A stretch of DNA of 64,000 nt from Planctomycetota bacterium (GCA_965248445.1 CBDFJG010000001.1:64001-128000); one strand, 5' to 3'. Shown: positions 39,321 through 49,528, counted from the stretch's first letter. The notes: a model not told the origin generated them from the sequence alone. Numbers and translations are program-made.

Positions 39321-40989
39321 CCCGAATCGTTCACCAGCCGGGAATCTGAGCGGGCCGTCGTCTGTCTAAGTGCTCGTACTCGCTAGTACTTGCACCGACA
39401 GGAGCGCCGGCCCGATGACGACAGACTGTAGCCCGCAGGGGACCCTCTTCGCGGGCATCTGTGGACGCACCGCGGTGACGCGCTTCGACGCCGGTACCGT
39501 GACGAGCGACGGGGGCGTGCTGCTGCTCGAGCGGACCGATCGTCGCATCGATCTGCTCTCGCGGTTTGCGCGCTGCTTCGGGGACCACCGGGACCCGCGT
39601 CGGGTCGAGCACACGGTCGGCCAGATGCTGCGTCAGCGGGTCTTCGGGCTGTGCGCGGGCTACGAGGATCTGGTGGACCACGACCATGTCGGCAAGGACC
39701 CGCTGTTTGCCGCGGCGTGCGGCAAGCGCGAGGGTGCTCTGGCCACGCACCCGACGCTCTCGCGGCTCGAGACCACGCAGCTCGGCGCCACGGCACAGAC
39801 GCGCTACGCCAAGATCGAGATGGACCAGGAGCGCGTGGACAGCGTGCTCAGCGACGTCTTCTGCGAGGCCATGGGGCCGGAGGATCCGGGCCTGCTCGTG
39901 CTGGACCTGGACCACTCCGACGTGCGGCTGCACGGCCGGCAGGAGGGCCGCTTCTTCCACGGCTACTACGGGCACTACTGCTACCTGCCGCTGTACGTCT
40001 TCTGCGGCGAGCACCTCTTGCTCGCTCGGCTCCAGACCGCTGACAGAGATCCCGCGCGCGGAGTCGTGGACGAGCTCCGTGCGCTGGTCTTACGTCTGCG
40101 GCGCCGCTGGCCCCGGGCCAAGGTGCTCGTGCGCGCAGACTCGGGCTTTTGCCGCGAGGAGCTGATGGCCTGGTGCGAGGCCGCCGGCCACTTCTACCTG
40201 CTGGGCATGGCGCGCAATGAGCGCCTTGAGCGACACGTCGAAGACGCGCTCGATGAGGCCGCAGCCCGTGCCGTGCAGACCGGCCGAGCAGCCCGGGTCT
40301 TTCGCGACTTTGCCTGGACCACGCTGGGGAGCTGGAGCCAGAGGCGTCGCGTGGTCGCCAAGGCCGAGCACCTGCCGGGCGGCAAGCGCAATCCCCGCTT
40401 CGTGGTGACCAATCTGCCGCCTCGTAGCTGGAGCAGCAAGCGTCTCTACGAGCAGCTCTACTGCGCCCGGGGCGAGGCGGAGAATCGCATCAAGGAGCAG
40501 CAGCTCGAGCTCTTCGGCACCCGTCTGTCGGTGCACACGATGCAGGGCAACGCCGTGCGGATGGCCATGTCGGCCATGGCCTACGTCCTGACCTGTGCGC
40601 TGCGACGCATCGGTCTCGCCGGCACCGAGATGGCGCGTGCGCAAGCCGGCACGATCCGCCTGCGGCTGCTCAAGATCGGCGCGCTCGTGCGGATCACGAC
40701 GCGCCGGATCTGGGTCTCGATGTCCTCGTCGTGGCCCTGGCAGCACGTCTTCGAGCGCTGCGCGCAACGACTGCTGGCATCCCCGAAGCCGACCTGACGT
40801 CCCGCCGCGCCGTCCGCCACACCACCGCCCGGCCTACGGTCTGCCCACACCGCAGAATCCGCGCCGTTTCGGCCGCTCACTCGCGTTGCCCTTGTGGCAA
40901 CGACGACAGCATCCGCCCTCGCCTGGCCAAGATCTGACCCTGTGGACTCCGAAAGCACCGTCATCGCGACGTCTCGTGAACAGATGCGG
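39321..40989 (+). mobile_element. IS1380-family insertion sequence
   Basis: Imperfect ends CCCGAATCGTTCAC / GTGAACAGATGCGG flanked by TTAG and CTAG; single transposase gene. Confidence 0.82.
39415..40797 (+). CDS. IS1380-family transposase
   Basis: 'FDAGTVTSDGG', 'HGRQEGRFFHGYY..YCYLPLY', 'RADSGF', 'YCARGEAENRIKEQ'. Confidence 0.93.
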   Translation: MTTDCSPQGTLFAGICGRTAVTRFDAGTVTSDGGVLLLERTDRRIDLLSRFARCFGDHRDPRRVEHTVGQMLRQRVFGLCAGYEDLVDHDHVGKDPLFAAACGKREGALATHPTLSRLETTQLGATAQTRYAKIEMDQERVDSVLSDVFCEAMGPEDPGLLVLDLDHSDVRLHGRQEGRFFHGYYGHYCYLPLYVFCGEHLLLARLQTADRDPARGVVDELRALVLRLRRRWPRAKVLVRADSGFCREELMAWCEAAGHFYLLGMARNERLERHVEDALDEAAARAVQTGRAARVFRDFAWTTLGSWSQRRRVVAKAEHLPGGKRNPRFVVTNLPPRSWSSKRLYEQLYCARGEAENRIKEQQLELFGTRLSVHTMQGNAVRMAMSAMAYVLTCALRRIGLAGTEMARAQAGTIRLRLLKIGALVRITTRRIWVSMSSSWPWQHVFERCAQRLLASPKPT

Positions 40990-40999
40990 CTAGGCGCTT

Positions 41000-41251
41000 C
41001 ACGGGGATCGCGGTGCGATCCCCGTGGCGCGCCGTCGCGCCGATCATCCCCTCCTGCGCGGCCTCCGACCGCTACGGAGGTCTCCGGGCACGGTGAGTGC
41101 GCAGCACTCACCGTGCCCTCGCGATTCACGCAAACAGGTCGGTACACCCTCCTACGGGATCGCGGTACGCATCGCGCCGGTCATCCTGAAGAGACTCGGC
41201 TGTGGGGCGGGGCGCTGCCCCGCCCGCGAGCCGGCGAGGGCACTCTCGCCG
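41000..41251. repeat. REP-like intergenic palindrome cluster (copy 2)
   Basis: Hairpins CACGGGGATCGC-ggt-GCGATCCCCGTG (41000-41026) and GGGCACGGTGAGTGC-gca-GCACTCACCGTGCCC (41086-41118); 32-nt block shared with 7514-7545. Confidence 0.6.
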
Positions 41252-41259
41252 CGAGATCG

Positions 41260-41760
41260 CTACGCCGGCTTCTGCGGATCCATACCGACCCAGAGGTTCG
41301 CGCTGTTCAGCTCCGGGCGCCCCGCGCTCTTCAGATACAGGAAGAGCTGCATGCGGTAGGCCGGCAGGGTCTTCAGGACCATGTTGATCCACGCCTCGCC
41401 GACCGCGCACTTGCTGCCCCAGGGCAGCGACGCCTCGCCCTCGAGCGCGTGGCCGGCGCTCACGCGGCCTGCGATCTCGGCGACCTCGTCGGCCTGCGCG
41501 TCCATGCGCTCGGCGAAGTTCTCGAGTGTCACGTCCTCGGTTCGCGCCGAGTACCCCTGCGCGTGATCCCAGTTCTGCGTGTCGGTGTGGATCGCGGGGA
41601 TGACCGTCATCACGGTCATGTACTTCAGCAGCTCGCCGATCGAACGCTGGCCCTCTGTCGGCCGCCAATCGAGCTGCGCCGGGTCAACCTTGGTGGCCAA
41701 GTGCTTGATGATGCGCGTCTCCTCGCGCATGGATGCGACCCACTGTTCAGGCGTGATCAT
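41260..41760 (-). CDS. DinB/YfiT-like protein
   Basis: 'LDWRPTEGQRSIGELL', 'YRMQLFLYLK'; GGAG RBS. Confidence 0.72.
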   Translation of the reverse strand: MITPEQWVASMREETRIIKHLATKVDPAQLDWRPTEGQRSIGELLKYMTVMTVIPAIHTDTQNWDHAQGYSARTEDVTLENFAERMDAQADEVAEIAGRVSAGHALEGEASLPWGSKCAVGEAWINMVLKTLPAYRMQLFLYLKSAGRPELNSANLWVGMDPQKPA

Positions 41761-41837
41761 CGGGGATCTCCTCTGGTGACTCAGGGGCCGCCGAGCATAC
41801 CGGCCCCGATTGCAGCGCGGCTGCGTATCCTCCGCGC

Positions 41838-43655
41838 ATGGCGGATGACGGCTCCGGCCTGCTCGACCCCGTGGATCGTCCGATGCGGCGGCTGTTCCGC
41901 TACCTGCTGCCCCAGCGCGGCCGGCTGTCGTTCTCGGTCGCGTCGAGCATCCTGAACAAGCTATTCGATCTCATGCCGCCGCTGCTGGTGATGTGGTTCG
42001 TCGACATCGCCGGCGACAACCCGCCGGACTGGCTCGTGCGGCTGGCCGGCGACGGGGACCGTGGGCAAGCGGTCTGGCTGGGCGCCTTGTGCGTCGTGAT
42101 CTTCGCGTTCGAGAGCCTGTTCCAGTGGATGTACGGCTACGGGTTCATGACGCTCGCCCAGGACACGCAACACCGGCTGCGACTCGACGCGTACGAGACG
42201 ATGCAGTCGCGCGAGATGCGGTTCTTCGAAGAGCGCCGGCTCGGCCGGACTCTCTCCATGCTGAACGACGACGTCAATCAGCTCGAGCGTTTCCTCAACA
42301 CCGCGCTGTCCGACATCGTGCAACTGGTTGTGCTGGTGATCTTCGCGAGCTGGGCGCTCCTTGCCAGATCCACCGAACTCGCGATCGTGGGCCTCGTGCC
42401 GGTGCCGTTCATCATCTACGGCAGCCTGCGCTTCTCGAAGGCACTGGAGCCGCGCTACGCCAAGGTGCGCGTAGCAGTTGGGGAGCTCGCTTCGCGGCTC
42501 GAGAACAACATCGCCGGCATTCTCGTGATCAAGGGTTTCACCGCCGAGGCGAGCGAGCGCGAGCGCGTTCGTTCGGCGTCCGACGAGTACCGCCGCGTCA
42601 ACTACTCGGCCATCCGGCTCTCGACCGTGTTCGTCCCTCTGATTCGCATGGTGATCGCACTCGGGTTCGCGGCGTCGCTGGTGCTCGCCACGTGGTGGGC
42701 GGCGGCCGGTGACATCGAAGCCAGCACGATCGTGCTGTTCGGGATGATGATCCAGCGGCTGCTGTGGCCGCTGACGCGGCTCGGCACGACGTTCGACGAG
42801 TACCAGCGCGCTTCCGCCAGCGCGAAGCGCGTATTCAGTCTCCTCGACACGCCGTCCCGAGTGCGTGACCCGGAGGCACCCGCTGCATTCGACCGAGTGC
42901 GGGGCGACGTCGCGTTCGAGAACGTCAAGTTCGACTACCGGGGTGGCGAGAGCGTGCTCCGAGGTCTCAGTTTCTCGGCACGCGCCGGAGAGACGGTGGG
43001 CATCGCCGGTCCGACGGGTGCAGGCAAGTCGACTCTGGTCAAATTGCTGCTGCGCCTCTACGACGTCGACGACGGCGCGGTGACGATCGACGGTATCGAC
43101 GTGCGCACGGTGACGCAACGCGACCTTCGGCGGCAGATCGCTGTCGTCACGCAGGACGTCTATCTGTTCCACGGCACGATCCGCGAGAACATCGCGTACG
43201 GCGAACGGACGTCTGGCGGCACGCCGGACTTCGACGATGTCGTGCACGCGTCGCGCGTCGCACACCTGCACGAATTCGTGGTCTCGCTGCCGGGCGGCTA
43301 CGACACGATCGTCGGCGAACGCGGCATCAAGCTCTCCGGCGGACAGCGGCAGCGGCTCTCGCTGGCCCGCGCGATCCTGAAAGATGCACCGATCCTGGTG
43401 TTGGACGAGGCGACGTCGTCCGTGGACACCGAGACCGAACGGCGCATCCAGGAGAGCCTCGCGGAGATCACCGCCGGGCGCACGGCGCTCGTGATCGCGC
43501 ACCGGTTGTCGACGATCCGCGGCGCCGACCGCATCGTCGTGCTCGACCAGGGTCGCGTGGCCGAGGAAGGGAAGCACGACGAACTCGTGGCAACCGGCGG
43601 CCTGTACGCCGATCTGTGGAGCGTGCAGATCGGCACAGCCGAGGGCGTCGCCTGA
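41838..43655 (+). CDS. ABC exporter, fused permease/ATPase (MsbA-like)
   Basis: TM domain, Walker A 'GPTGAGKST', signature 'LSGGQRQR', 'ILVLDEATS', 'IAHRLST'. Confidence 0.95.
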   Translation: MADDGSGLLDPVDRPMRRLFRYLLPQRGRLSFSVASSILNKLFDLMPPLLVMWFVDIAGDNPPDWLVRLAGDGDRGQAVWLGALCVVIFAFESLFQWMYGYGFMTLAQDTQHRLRLDAYETMQSREMRFFEERRLGRTLSMLNDDVNQLERFLNTALSDIVQLVVLVIFASWALLARSTELAIVGLVPVPFIIYGSLRFSKALEPRYAKVRVAVGELASRLENNIAGILVIKGFTAEASERERVRSASDEYRRVNYSAIRLSTVFVPLIRMVIALGFAASLVLATWWAAAGDIEASTIVLFGMMIQRLLWPLTRLGTTFDEYQRASASAKRVFSLLDTPSRVRDPEAPAAFDRVRGDVAFENVKFDYRGGESVLRGLSFSARAGETVGIAGPTGAGKSTLVKLLLRLYDVDDGAVTIDGIDVRTVTQRDLRRQIAVVTQDVYLFHGTIRENIAYGERTSGGTPDFDDVVHASRVAHLHEFVVSLPGGYDTIVGERGIKLSGGQRQRLSLARAILKDAPILVLDEATSSVDTETERRIQESLAEITAGRTALVIAHRLSTIRGADRIVVLDQGRVAEEGKHDELVATGGLYADLWSVQIGTAEGVA

Positions 43656-43733
43656 CTGCAGCCTGCCCGACGGAAGACTTGGCAGACCCGCCGCGGATTG
43701 GCGATGCTCTCGACAGCGATCGGAGAGATGCCC

Positions 43734-43889
43734 ATGGGTTCGTTGCTCAAAGAGTTTTGGCTCTTCATCAAGGCAGAGAAGAAGTGGTGGTTGACGCCCC
43801 TACTCCTCGTCATGGGTTTGCTCGGGATCGTCGTCGCCGTGGCCGCGCTCAACCCCGCGCTCGCGCCATTCCTCTATCCGCTGATGTGA
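43734..43889 (+). CDS. DUF5989-family small membrane protein
   Basis: 'EFWLFIK.EKKWWLTPL...APFLYPL'. Confidence 0.8.
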   Translation: MGSLLKEFWLFIKAEKKWWLTPLLLVMGLLGIVVAVAALNPALAPFLYPLM

Positions 43890-44022
43890 TCAACGCCCTG
43901 TTCCACCTCAGGGACGGCGAGGATGCCGCGACTCAGGTCTGAAGTTGACCTGGCGATAATCGAGCAGCCGTACACTCCGCCGACCGCCACGGCCTACGAC
44001 GGGAAACCGGCGCGCGCGACCG

Positions 44023-45420
44023 ATGCTCTTCCAGACACTCGAGTTCTTCGTTCTGCTCGCGGCGGTGATGCCGCTGAACCTGGTCTTGCGAGGCAAGGCG
44101 CGGCTCGGCTTCCTGCTGCTGACGAGCTACGTGTTCTACGGGTGGTTCAGCATCCCCCTGTGCGGGCTGATGGTGTTCTCGACCCTGCTCGATTTCACCG
44201 CGGCGCGTGGTATGACCGCGACGGACGACGAGCGCGTACGCAAACGCTGGCTGATCGCGTCGCTCGCAGGCAACCTCGGGATGCTGTTCGTGTTCAAGTA
44301 CACGAACTTCTTCCTCGAAACGGTCGGCGGCCTGTCGCAGTTGCTGTCCGGCACGGATCCGTTCCCGCGGTACGACATCATCCTGCCGCTCGGTATCAGC
44401 TTCTACACGTTCCAGACGCTCTCGTACTCGATCGACGTGTACCGCCGCCGCATCGACCGTCCGAGCGATCTGCTGACGTTCGCCACGTACGTCGCGTTCT
44501 TCCCACAACTGGTGGCCGGCCCGATCGTGCGCGCGAAGAGTCTGCTCCCGCAACTGCGTGATGGGCCGACGTTCAGTGAGAGCAACGTGCTGCGCGGCAT
44601 CGCGTTGGTCGGGTTCGGACTGGCGAAGAAGGTCGTCATCGCAGACAACCTTGCGCCCATGGTCAACGCGGTGTTCTCCGCGCCGCACGCCCACTCGCCG
44701 CTTGCGGTCCTCGTGGGCATCTATGCGTTCGCGTTCCAGATCTACTGCGACTTCTCGGGGTACTCCGACACGGCGCGCGGCCTCGGGTTCATGATGGGAT
44801 ACGACCTCGGGGACAACTTCCGCCAGCCGTACTTCGCGACGGGGATCCGCGACTTCTGGCGCCGCTGGCACATCTCTCTCTCGACGTGGCTGCGGGACTA
44901 CCTCTACATCCCGCTCGGCGGCAGTCGGGGGAGCGGACTGTTCACGATCCGGAACGTGATGATCACGATGCTCCTGGGCGGACTGTGGCACGGGGCGGCG
45001 TGGACATTCGTCATATGGGGTGCCATCCACGGGATCTGGATCGCGATAGAGAGAGTCGCCACCGGCAACCGCAAAGACGCCCCTGAACGGTCGCCGCTCG
45101 CGCGACTCGCGCTGCAATTCCTCACGTTCCAGGGCGTGTGCGTCACCTGGGTGTTCTTCCGCGCGACGGACTTCGGGAACGCGGCCGACGTGTTCGCGGC
45201 GCTGTTCCGCGGCGGCGACACCATCGTGCCGCTCGCGATGTGGCCGCTCGTGGCCATCCCGTCGATCCTGCTCGTGGACGCATTCGTGCAGCACGAGAGC
45301 GTCTGCGCGAGAGTGAGGGCTAGGCCGTTCCTCTTCTGGCTGACCGTGATCGTCACGCAGGCCCTGATCATCGCGTTCGGCGTGACGACCGCGACCGACT
45401 TCGTGTACTTCCAGTTCTGA
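44023..45420 (+). CDS. MBOAT family O-acyltransferase (AlgI/DltB-like)
   Basis: 'LPLGISFYTFQ', 'FFPQLVAGPI', 'QIYCDFSGYSD', 'FWRRWHISLS.WLRDYLYIPLGG', 'GLWHGA'. Confidence 0.95.
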   Translation: MLFQTLEFFVLLAAVMPLNLVLRGKARLGFLLLTSYVFYGWFSIPLCGLMVFSTLLDFTAARGMTATDDERVRKRWLIASLAGNLGMLFVFKYTNFFLETVGGLSQLLSGTDPFPRYDIILPLGISFYTFQTLSYSIDVYRRRIDRPSDLLTFATYVAFFPQLVAGPIVRAKSLLPQLRDGPTFSESNVLRGIALVGFGLAKKVVIADNLAPMVNAVFSAPHAHSPLAVLVGIYAFAFQIYCDFSGYSDTARGLGFMMGYDLGDNFRQPYFATGIRDFWRRWHISLSTWLRDYLYIPLGGSRGSGLFTIRNVMITMLLGGLWHGAAWTFVIWGAIHGIWIAIERVATGNRKDAPERSPLARLALQFLTFQGVCVTWVFFRATDFGNAADVFAALFRGGDTIVPLAMWPLVAIPSILLVDAFVQHESVCARVRARPFLFWLTVIVTQALIIAFGVTTATDFVYFQF

Positions 45421-45422
45421 CC

Positions 45423-46472
45423 GTGCCCGAACCGAACCATCTGCTGACCCTCCTCGCCTGGCTACGCCGCCGGGGGATCGCTCACGCCGTCGGCGGGCTG
45501 CTCGCGCTCATCGCCGTCGCGACACCGCTGGAGGGGCTGTTCCGCGCAACCGACCGCTTCGGGCTCGTGCATCCGCAGTTCGCGATCGAGTCGAAGAAGC
45601 GCGGACTGTGGGTCGGCAAACTGTGGACGCCGCGGGAGTTCATGGCGGTTTCGGGCTTCAACGAGGATGGCATCCGCGGCCCCTCGCTGGACGCCCGGCC
45701 GGGCGAGCGGCACAGAGTCGTCGTCGCCGGCGACAGCTTCGTCGAGGGGCGCCAAGTCCCACACGCGCGGACGTTCCCGATCGTCTCGCAGTCGGAGCTC
45801 GACGGCGTGCGCGTCGTTCCCGTGCGCGTCGGCAACCACGCGTTCCACGAGCGACCGGAGAGGTTCCTCGACTTCTACGAGCGCCTCTTCGACGGTGGCA
45901 ACGGCCGGCCGGCCGCCGACGGCGTGGTGTTCAGCCTCCGGGAGTGGCCGCTGGTCCAGACGCGCCCGCCGCGCCACGCGATCCAGAAAGCCCTGTTCAA
46001 CCGGAGCGGTCTTCGACGCTTCCTCGAGCGCTACTCGATCGCGTCACTGGATGTCGTGGCGTACACGTGCAGGCGGTTGCGAGAGTGGGCCGAGTCGTCC
46101 AACGTGTCGCTGGAAGGCACGGAGGCGGCCCGCCGCGAGACGACCGAAGCGATGATTCACTCGACGCTCGATGTGATCGAGGTGCACGCTCTCAAGGAGA
46201 AACTCCGCCTGGGCGTTCACTACATTCCCGCGGTGCCAGAGGTGCAGGCGGCGCGCCGGGGCATGCCGCCCTCGTGGCACCCCGTCGACTCACTACGCGC
46301 CATCTGCGCGGAACGGGACATCCCGTTCGAGGACGCCACGCGCGACGTCACCGAACACGGGGGGGCGAGTCCGTTCTTCGCGTACGACGGGCACCCCACG
46401 GAGGCCGGTCATCGCGCGATGGCTCCTAGCCTGGTGCGCTTGCTCGAACGGATGGGATACGCCCGCGACTGA
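45423..46472 (+). CDS. SGNH/AlgJ-like acetyltransferase partner
   Basis: 'GDSFVEG' and C-terminal 'DGHPT..GH'; adjacent to the MBOAT gene. Confidence 0.75.
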   Translation: MPEPNHLLTLLAWLRRRGIAHAVGGLLALIAVATPLEGLFRATDRFGLVHPQFAIESKKRGLWVGKLWTPREFMAVSGFNEDGIRGPSLDARPGERHRVVVAGDSFVEGRQVPHARTFPIVSQSELDGVRVVPVRVGNHAFHERPERFLDFYERLFDGGNGRPAADGVVFSLREWPLVQTRPPRHAIQKALFNRSGLRRFLERYSIASLDVVAYTCRRLREWAESSNVSLEGTEAARRETTEAMIHSTLDVIEVHALKEKLRLGVHYIPAVPEVQAARRGMPPSWHPVDSLRAICAERDIPFEDATRDVTEHGGASPFFAYDGHPTEAGHRAMAPSLVRLLERMGYARD

Positions 46473-46480
46473 CCGTCGAT

Positions 46481-47905
46481 TCACTGATCGCGAATGAGGT
46501 CGGCGGTAGCGAGTGACACGCCTTCGGGCGGGTCGTCCTTGTTCTGCTCCCACCACTTGCGGGCTGCCTTCGCCTTGCGGCGCCGCTCCGCGTGCGACTG
46601 ATCCTGCGTGACGTCGAAGTCCTCGGTGGTGATCTCGCGCAGCGCGAAGTTGGCCTGCTGCGCGACGTACGCCTCCTTGTCCTCGAGCGCGTCGATCAGG
46701 TATGGCGTCGCATTCCATGCCCTCAGCTGGCTGAGTGAGCGCGCGCATGCCCGGCGCACGAGGAAGTGTTTGTCGTTGACGAGCGCCGAGGACAGCGCGG
46801 GGATCGCGGCGGGATCACCCATCCAGCCGAGATCGTTCGCTGCAGGGAAGCGCACGCTGTCCTCGCCCGAATCGAGCAGCGCCTTCGCCAGGCGCGCCAC
46901 CTCAGCGTTGACCTCGGGCACGACCGGGCCGTTGCCTCCGGCCTCCATCCCCCCGCCCTCGACAGGAGGCTCTGCGCCGCCGCCGGCCGGCGGATCGGCG
47001 CGCTCGGGCGGCGGGACCGGACGCGACGCGACGTCACGCACGCGCTCTGACATCTCGTCGAGGCGGCCCTCGAGCCGGGACAGCCGACCTTCGAGTGCGA
47101 CGTCGGCCTTGGCGAGTTCCGTGCGGACGCCCACGAGCTCTCCGCGGATGGCGTCGAGCTGCAACTCCAAGTCGTCGGTCATCCGGTCGAGTCGGCGGTT
47201 CGTCGCCTCGCGCTGCTCGCCGCTCGTGTCAGCGGGGATGCGGGCCGTCATGTCCGCGAAGCGGGCATCGAGTGATTTCTCGAGCATCGCCACGCGGCCC
47301 TGCAGCGGGTCTTCCGTCTTCGACTTCATGCCGTCGACCATCTGCCCCACGCCATAACCAATTCCCGCGGCGAGACCTGCGACCAGTAAGAACATCACGG
47401 CCGAGCGCGCGAACCCGCCGCCACTACCGGACGATGCGCGCACGCGCACCACCGCAGCGCGGCAGTTCTGGCAGGTGACCTTGTCTCCCTCGCTGAGCGC
47501 CTTGCCCGTGACGACGTGCGAGTGCGGGACCATCGCCGCGCAGACGGTGCAGCGCAGCGGCCCGACCGGGTCGTCGGCCTCGACGTCCGCGGCCATCTCC
47601 GCCTCGACCGCCTCACGACGGGCGGCGCGTTCCCCGGGGTCGGCCTTCGTGCAGATGGCGCAGTGCAGGGAGCCGTACTCCCGCCGTGCCCGGCCGGAGC
47701 GCACGTCGGTCACGGGCACCGAGATGCGGCAGTTCGCGCAGAACAGGAGCTCCAGGTCACCACCTTCCGCGGTGTCGTCGCTGCCGGACTGCGCGGACCG
47801 ATGTTCAGCGCAGACGACCTTGCCGCTGTCGTCCCGCGCGTCGCCGGAATCCACCGTCGCGTTCGGCACGGACACGCCGCAGACATGACAGAAATGGAGT
47901 TCCAT
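46481..47905 (-). CDS. Membrane protein with three Zn-finger-like repeats, coiled coil and HEAT repeats
   Basis: CxxC...CxxC/H repeats, TM 'MFLLVAGLAAGIGYG', HEAT-like 'DPAAIPAL...VRRACARSL'; start ATG 47905. Confidence 0.75.
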   Translation of the reverse strand: MELHFCHVCGVSVPNATVDSGDARDDSGKVVCAEHRSAQSGSDDTAEGGDLELLFCANCRISVPVTDVRSGRARREYGSLHCAICTKADPGERAARREAVEAEMAADVEADDPVGPLRCTVCAAMVPHSHVVTGKALSEGDKVTCQNCRAAVVRVRASSGSGGGFARSAVMFLLVAGLAAGIGYGVGQMVDGMKSKTEDPLQGRVAMLEKSLDARFADMTARIPADTSGEQREATNRRLDRMTDDLELQLDAIRGELVGVRTELAKADVALEGRLSRLEGRLDEMSERVRDVASRPVPPPERADPPAGGGAEPPVEGGGMEAGGNGPVVPEVNAEVARLAKALLDSGEDSVRFPAANDLGWMGDPAAIPALSSALVNDKHFLVRRACARSLSQLRAWNATPYLIDALEDKEAYVAQQANFALREITTEDFDVTQDQSHAERRRKAKAARKWWEQNKDDPPEGVSLATADLIRDQ

Positions 47906-48079
47906 GACCGTTCGCCCCTCCGTCGTAAGTCTACCGGGCATCGCTCCTCCGGGGCGCGGGCGTGGTTTCCCCTCGGAAGAGCCTCGACGCCGCAGGAGGC
48001 GACGCAAGCCGCATGCCCCCCGCCACCGGAGCCATCTCCCCGGAGCCCCCCGCCCAAATCATCCCGCGCTCAGCTGCGC

Positions 48080-48160
48080 TCAGATCATGAGGAACAGCGC
48101 GACGACAAAGACCAGGCCTGCGAGGACCGGGAGTTCGGTGGCTGCGTGGCGAACGGACAT
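48080..48160 (-). CDS. Putative 26-aa small membrane peptide
   Basis: GAAGGAA RBS then ATG; MSVRHAATELPVLAGLVFVVALFLMI*. Confidence 0.4.
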   Translation of the reverse strand: MSVRHAATELPVLAGLVFVVALFLMI

Positions 48161-48296
48161 GGGTTCCTTCCCGCCGACAGGGGCCGGTTCCGCCTCTCGT
48201 TGAGGGCGGTCTCCCGTCGAACGAGGGGAGCCTAGAATCCGGGTCCGACTGCGATTCGGGGTCCGGGAACGCTCCAGGCTCGGACGCCGGGGACGT

Positions 48297-48587
48297 TCAG
48301 TCGGCGTCGCTCACCCGCTGCTTCATCATTCGCCCGACCTTGAACTTCACGACGCGCTTGGCTGGGACGTCGACCTTCTCGAGCGTGCGGGGATTCTGGG
48401 CACGCCGCGCGGGACGCTCCTTGACCTCGAAGACGCCGAATTCGCGAAACTCCAGACGGTTCCCACGCGCCAGCTCGATGATGATCTCGTCGAGGAAGCG
48501 CTGCAGGATGTCCTTGGTGACCACCTTCGTCTGGCCGGTCTGCGCCGCAATGCGGGCGACGAGTTCCTTCTTCGTCACGGTCGCCAT
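48297..48587 (-). CDS. HU/IHF-family DNA-binding protein
   Basis: 'TKKELV', 'EFREFGVFEVKERPARRAQNPRT', 'VKFKVG'. Confidence 0.93.
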   Translation of the reverse strand: MATVTKKELVARIAAQTGQTKVVTKDILQRFLDEIIIELARGNRLEFREFGVFEVKERPARRAQNPRTLEKVDVPAKRVVKFKVGRMMKQRVSDAD

Positions 48588-48730
48588 GGCGTGTCACGCT
48601 GCGGAGCCAGCCTCAGCCGGCGCCCTCGCGCCCCCCTACTGAACGTGCTTATCCTCGTACTCCAACTCGACTTAGAAGAACGTAGCGACCGCTTGGCCCA
48701 GGGGTCAAGCGGGATTTTCGGCGGGAATCG

Positions 48731-49528
48731 ATGAGAGACGCAACCGGGGGGCTGCCGGATCGCGTCCGACTGCTGGGCACCGAGCCCGGAAGCGTGCCCG
48801 ACGGCAGCCCTCGGGAGGTGTATCGACGCCTCTCCGCGCTCTCCGCGGAGGTCCTCGCGGTCAGCCGCACGACGAAGACTGCGGTCGTCCAGATTCCCGG
48901 CGGAGGCGCCGCCGTGCGCAAGCAGTGGCGGTTCCCCGAGCCCCGCGACCGTCTGCGGGGTGCGTTCCGAACCACGTTCCTGGCTCGCTCGCCCGCGAGC
49001 CGGGCCTGGAGGGCCATGCGGGACGGCGGCCCGACCGGGTTCCATCCTCCCGCGCTGGCGGCGTTCGACGACCGTCGAGGCGGCGTCCTGCACGAGTGTC
49101 TGTTGCTGCTGACGTACATCCCGGGAGCCCGCGATCTCGCGATCTTCCTGCGCGACGAGCGGGATCCGGCGTCGCGGCACAGCGTGCTGACGGACCTCGC
49201 AGTCCGGCTGCGTGCGATGCACGACGCCGGGGTGGCCGACGGCGAGATGCACCCCCGCAACGTGCTCGTGGCGGAGGGCCGGACCTACAAGGTCGACTGC
49301 GCCCGTCAACGGCGCTTCGCGGGCGGCGCTCCGCGCCGCAGGCGCGCACACGACCTGGCCTGCCTCGACGTGGGACTCCTGCGGCTCGCCTCGCGCGTCG
49401 AGCGGGCACGGGCTCTTCGTGCCTACGCCCGCGACGTTGGGGATCTGCGTCCGCTCGCGCGGCGGATCGAGCATCTGCGCCGCGGACTCGCGGAGCGCGA
49501 GGAACGCCGTCTGCCGTCCGCGGATTGA
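48731..49528 (+). CDS. Lipopolysaccharide kinase (Kdo/WaaP/InaA family)
   Basis: 'MHDAGVADGEMHPRNVLV...KVD...RAHDLACL' kinase-like motifs (atypical catalytic loop). Confidence 0.65.
   Translation: MRDATGGLPDRVRLLGTEPGSVPDGSPREVYRRLSALSAEVLAVSRTTKTAVVQIPGGGAAVRKQWRFPEPRDRLRGAFRTTFLARSPASRAWRAMRDGGPTGFHPPALAAFDDRRGGVLHECLLLLTYIPGARDLAIFLRDERDPASRHSVLTDLAVRLRAMHDAGVADGEMHPRNVLVAEGRTYKVDCARQRRFAGGAPRRRRAHDLACLDVGLLRLASRVERARALRAYARDVGDLRPLARRIEHLRRGLAEREERRLPSAD

Noticed and set aside
40990..41260. Continuation of the glycosylase gene beyond IS1380
   Set aside because: The sequence right of the IS is hairpin-rich and non-coding with no glycosylase motifs; the 5' half appears deleted.
48598..48612. 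GCGGAGCCA match to the tRNA-Asn 3' end as a candidate attR
   Set aside because: Only ~9 bp in GC-rich DNA, and located well inside host genes.
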